From: a virus
Length of the DNA stretch: 64,000 nucleotides
IMG/VR virus record: IMGVR_UViG_3300013108_000188
Reading direction: 5' to 3' (one strand)
Shown: piece by piece, positions 61,552 through 64,000 of the stretch
Layout: every line of letters begins with the position of its first letter
How positions within the stretch are numbered: the first letter of the stretch is position 1
Made by a program: the position numbers and the translations under genes
The notes under the pieces: model-generated
What the model was told of the DNA's origin: nothing
The model's database searches: none
Seen by the model: only the letters and a program-made list of their open reading frames with translations

Positions 61552-61627
61552 TGGTGCCCTTTACTGGACTTGAACCAATAACCTACTGATTACAAATCAG
61601 TTGCTCTACCAATTGAGCTAAAAGGGC
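61552..61627 (-). tRNA. tRNA-Thr(UGU)
   Basis: GCCCTTTTAGCTCAATTGGTAGAGCAACTGATTTGTAATCAGTAGGTTATTGGTTCAAGTCCAGTAAAGGGCACCA, 76 nt cloverleaf with encoded CCA. Confidence 0.97.
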
Positions 61628-61636
61628 AGAAAGGAC

Positions 61637-61894
61637 TTATTGAACATCACAAAGAAAGTGTGGAATACCTCCATTAGGTTCCCATACTCTATGTTTATTT
61701 TGAAATCTAACTAACGCTCTAGCGTCTTTCTCAAAAAAGAAATCTTTTACAATAACATTGGTTGGTTTCTCGGTTACTCTCCAATATATTTTTCCTTTTT
61801 TCTTCACCATACTTTTAATATAATGTAGTTTTTCACCTTTTTCTAAAGGTCTGGATTGTATTTGTTTAAGAGGTTTGTTGTTTCGTCTAGGCAT
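61637..61894 (-). CDS. basic hypothetical protein
   Basis: Start reassigned to MPRR, directly after the gp41 stop. Confidence 0.55.
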   Translation of the reverse strand: MPRRNNKPLKQIQSRPLEKGEKLHYIKSMVKKKGKIYWRVTEKPTNVIVKDFFFEKDARALVRFQNKHRVWEPNGGIPHFLCDVQ

Positions 61895-61895
61895 A

Positions 61896-63260
61896 TTAAA
61901 CTTTGAAGTCAGAAAATTTATCGTACGGATCCACTTCAACTTTTTTCTCCTGGTTGGCGTCTACTATGTTTTGTGCTTTTTGTTCTACATCATACAATCT
62001 CATCTTACTTCTATCAACGCCGATGATAAAACTACGATTAATTGCTGGGTCGCTATATCTATTCTTTAATTGCTTAACCTTCATCTGATTTAATGCGTCT
62101 AGTTCTTCACTAGACATTAAAGCAAACATAAAGTCAGCAGTAGCAGGTAGACCAAAACTTTCTGAAGTATCTTCTAAACCTATGTCTGTTGATACGAAAC
62201 CAGACCTTGTTGTTTGTGTTGCTGTAAATATAGGTAATTTAAACTCAACAGCAAGACCTCTTAATTCTTCTGCGATTGCTTTGATATAGAAATAAGATGA
62301 TATATTACCACCTTTAAATCTACTTGAAGCACATATATTTAAATAATCTATAAACAATACATCTGGTTTAAAACTTTTCTTTAATGCAAGTTCATTTAAT
62401 AATGCTTTGAAGTGTCCACTATGAGCAGACGCTGTTGGATATTCTTTAATAATTAATTTACCAGGACCTCTTTTCTTTAATCTTTCTATTCGGTCATCGT
62501 ACATCTGTTTAGGTAATGCGTGTAAATCATCGGTGGTTACATCTAATAAGTTTGCGTCTATTCTTTCAGCAATTCTTTCTTCTGCCATTTCTAAAGTAAT
62601 GTATAAAACATTTTTACCTTCTAGCAAACTTGAAGAAGCAAGGTGACACATAAACAAAGATTTACCTACACCTGTTCCTGCAAGACAAACATTAAGAGTC
62701 TTCTGTGGAACACCACCTTTAGTTATTCTATTAAAATATTGTAAGTCAAATGGTAATCTTAATTCTTTACGATGGTAATAATCAAATCTGTCATCTGCAT
62801 CCCCAATATAATCGTGCCCGATATGATTATCAAAAGACACAGCAAGAGCTTCAGATAAAATTGAAGGAATGGCCTCTGGAGTTCTTTTCTTGTCTTTTCC
62901 ATCCAAGATTTTAATGCCGTTAAGTACTGCATTGTTAACCGCCTTATCTTTACAGAATCGCTCCGTAGTGTCAAACAACCATTGTATATCATTTTCACTC
63001 GGAGTTAATCCATTAATTGTTGTCTTAATAGCTTTGTATTCTTCCTCGTTAATATCTTTGCGATTGTTTAATTCTATTATCAAGGTCTCTTTGGTCGGAA
63101 GATTATTATATTTATTTACAAAATCTTCTATACAAGCAAATATAATTTTGTCAGACCTTGTACCAAAGTATTCATCTTTTAAAAATGGTAATACTTTTCT
63201 AGTATATTCTTCATTGAATATTAAATTTGTTAATATTGTGTCTTCAATTCTATTTGTCAT
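61896..63260 (-). CDS. gp41: replicative DNA helicase gp41
   Basis: LAGTGVGKSL, TLEMAEE, IDYLNIC, TATQTTR, SESFGLPATAD, QLKNRY. Confidence 0.97.
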   Translation of the reverse strand: MTNRIEDTILTNLIFNEEYTRKVLPFLKDEYFGTRSDKIIFACIEDFVNKYNNLPTKETLIIELNNRKDINEEEYKAIKTTINGLTPSENDIQWLFDTTERFCKDKAVNNAVLNGIKILDGKDKKRTPEAIPSILSEALAVSFDNHIGHDYIGDADDRFDYYHRKELRLPFDLQYFNRITKGGVPQKTLNVCLAGTGVGKSLFMCHLASSSLLEGKNVLYITLEMAEERIAERIDANLLDVTTDDLHALPKQMYDDRIERLKKRGPGKLIIKEYPTASAHSGHFKALLNELALKKSFKPDVLFIDYLNICASSRFKGGNISSYFYIKAIAEELRGLAVEFKLPIFTATQTTRSGFVSTDIGLEDTSESFGLPATADFMFALMSSEELDALNQMKVKQLKNRYSDPAINRSFIIGVDRSKMRLYDVEQKAQNIVDANQEKKVEVDPYDKFSDFKV

Positions 63261-63567
63261 CTAATAATGTTCCGTTTTTCAGTTTTTCTTCCATAATCTC
63301 TATCAGTATATCACCAATATAATTTATAAAACCTGGTTGGTCTAAATCTAAATCTAGTTCTTCTGGTTTCTTTAATAAAGTCCATTCAAATTGCAATGGC
63401 ATTTTGCCATTGTCTAATGGTTCCTTACTAAATTGTACCTTACCATATCTGTAAATAACATCTTTGTATTTACCTTCAACGATTTTTATACAACTAAAAT
63501 CGTCTCCAGGTCTTTGAGCAAAGGTGTATCTTTTATCCGTAGAGGAATTGTTTTTTTGCTTGTTCAT
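63250..63567 (-). CDS. gp40: gp40-like head vertex assembly chaperone
   Basis: T4 synteny uvsX-40-41; beta-rich domain followed by a terminal helix. Confidence 0.5.
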   Translation of the reverse strand: MNKQKNNSSTDKRYTFAQRPGDDFSCIKIVEGKYKDVIYRYGKVQFSKEPLDNGKMPLQFEWTLLKKPEELDLDLDQPGFINYIGDILIEIMEEKLKNGTLLDDK

Positions 63568-64000
63568 CTATCTTGTCTAATACTTCTTTTGTAAAATACT
63601 TTTCAGGATTATCATTGATTGCTTTACCAAATACTTTAGTTCCGTCTGGCATTTCATACCTAGTGGATACTTTTTTAAATATACCTGCTTCTTCAGCAAT
63701 AGCTACAAGTCCGTAATACTTATCTAAACCTTTTTGATAAGTTAACATTACATCAATCATAGCATTTTCTTTTGTTAATCTACTTTTATAATTTTTACAA
63801 TGAATAATATTACCGACAACTTCCGTGCCGTCTTTCACTTTTCTTTTTCCAAGATAAATTATTGATGAGGCAGCGTATTTAAGACCACTTCCGCCACCCA
63901 TTTCTTTTTGTGGGAACATTGAACCTATTACATCGTAAGTATGATTGGTCATAATCATAGGTATATTTGCTTTACCTAGTTTCAATGTTAATACTCTAAA
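63533..64000 (-). CDS. uvsX: RecA-like recombinase UvsX (C-terminal part)
   Basis: [33 protein letters not shown]. Confidence 0.93.
   Translation of the reverse strand, partial: FRVLTLKLGKANIPMIMTNHTYDVIGSMFPQKEMGGGSGLKYAASSIIYLGKRKVKDGTEVVGNIIHCKNYKSRLTKENAMIDVMLTYQKGLDKYYGLVAIAEEAGIFKKVSTRYEMPDGTKVFGKAINDNPEKYFTKEVLDKIDEQAKKQFLYG

Noticed and set aside
1-64000. Genome-wide stop-codon reassignment
   Set aside because: Core genes translate full-length in the standard code, and TGA serves as a normal stop in ATGA overlaps

Overview
This window is a 64 kb segment of an AT-rich T4-like (Tevenvirinae/Kyanoviridae-style) marine myophage genome, almost entirely encoded on the minus strand. Several sequence signals point to an alphaproteobacterial, probably SAR11/Pelagibacter-type, host: a circularly permuted two-piece tmRNA, GTTC-N7-GTTC LexA-type boxes and an AapJ-type solute-binding protein. 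From left to right it holds: (1) a baseplate/tail module (gp5 start, hub, gp53, gp48, gp4, tape measure, gp26/gp51, gp54, gp2); (2) replication/transcription genes (gp32, gp59, thyX, gp33), the tmRNA, an exonuclease and an M15 endolysin; (3) a long early region of small genes under sigma70-type promoters (RNase H, glutaredoxin, DenV-like, GH73, SprT, a 2H phosphoesterase); (4) nrdB, ribosomal protein bL12, nrdA and primase; (5) a csgF-csgG-curlin-FecR operon divergent from a CHASE2 adenylate cyclase; (6) spanins; (7) a late operon of enzymes carrying T4-like capsid-targeting N-termini; (8) tRNA-Thr, gp41, gp40 and uvsX. The most interesting items are the curli-pore/FecR/cyclase putative trans-envelope signalling system, the phage-encoded permuted tmRNA, a predicted -1 frameshift fusing gp26 to gp51, the putative virion-packaged nucleotide/RNA-modifying enzyme set, and host-LexA-type boxes in an apparently lytic phage. 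All product calls come from motif recognition and synteny by eye; no database searches were run.
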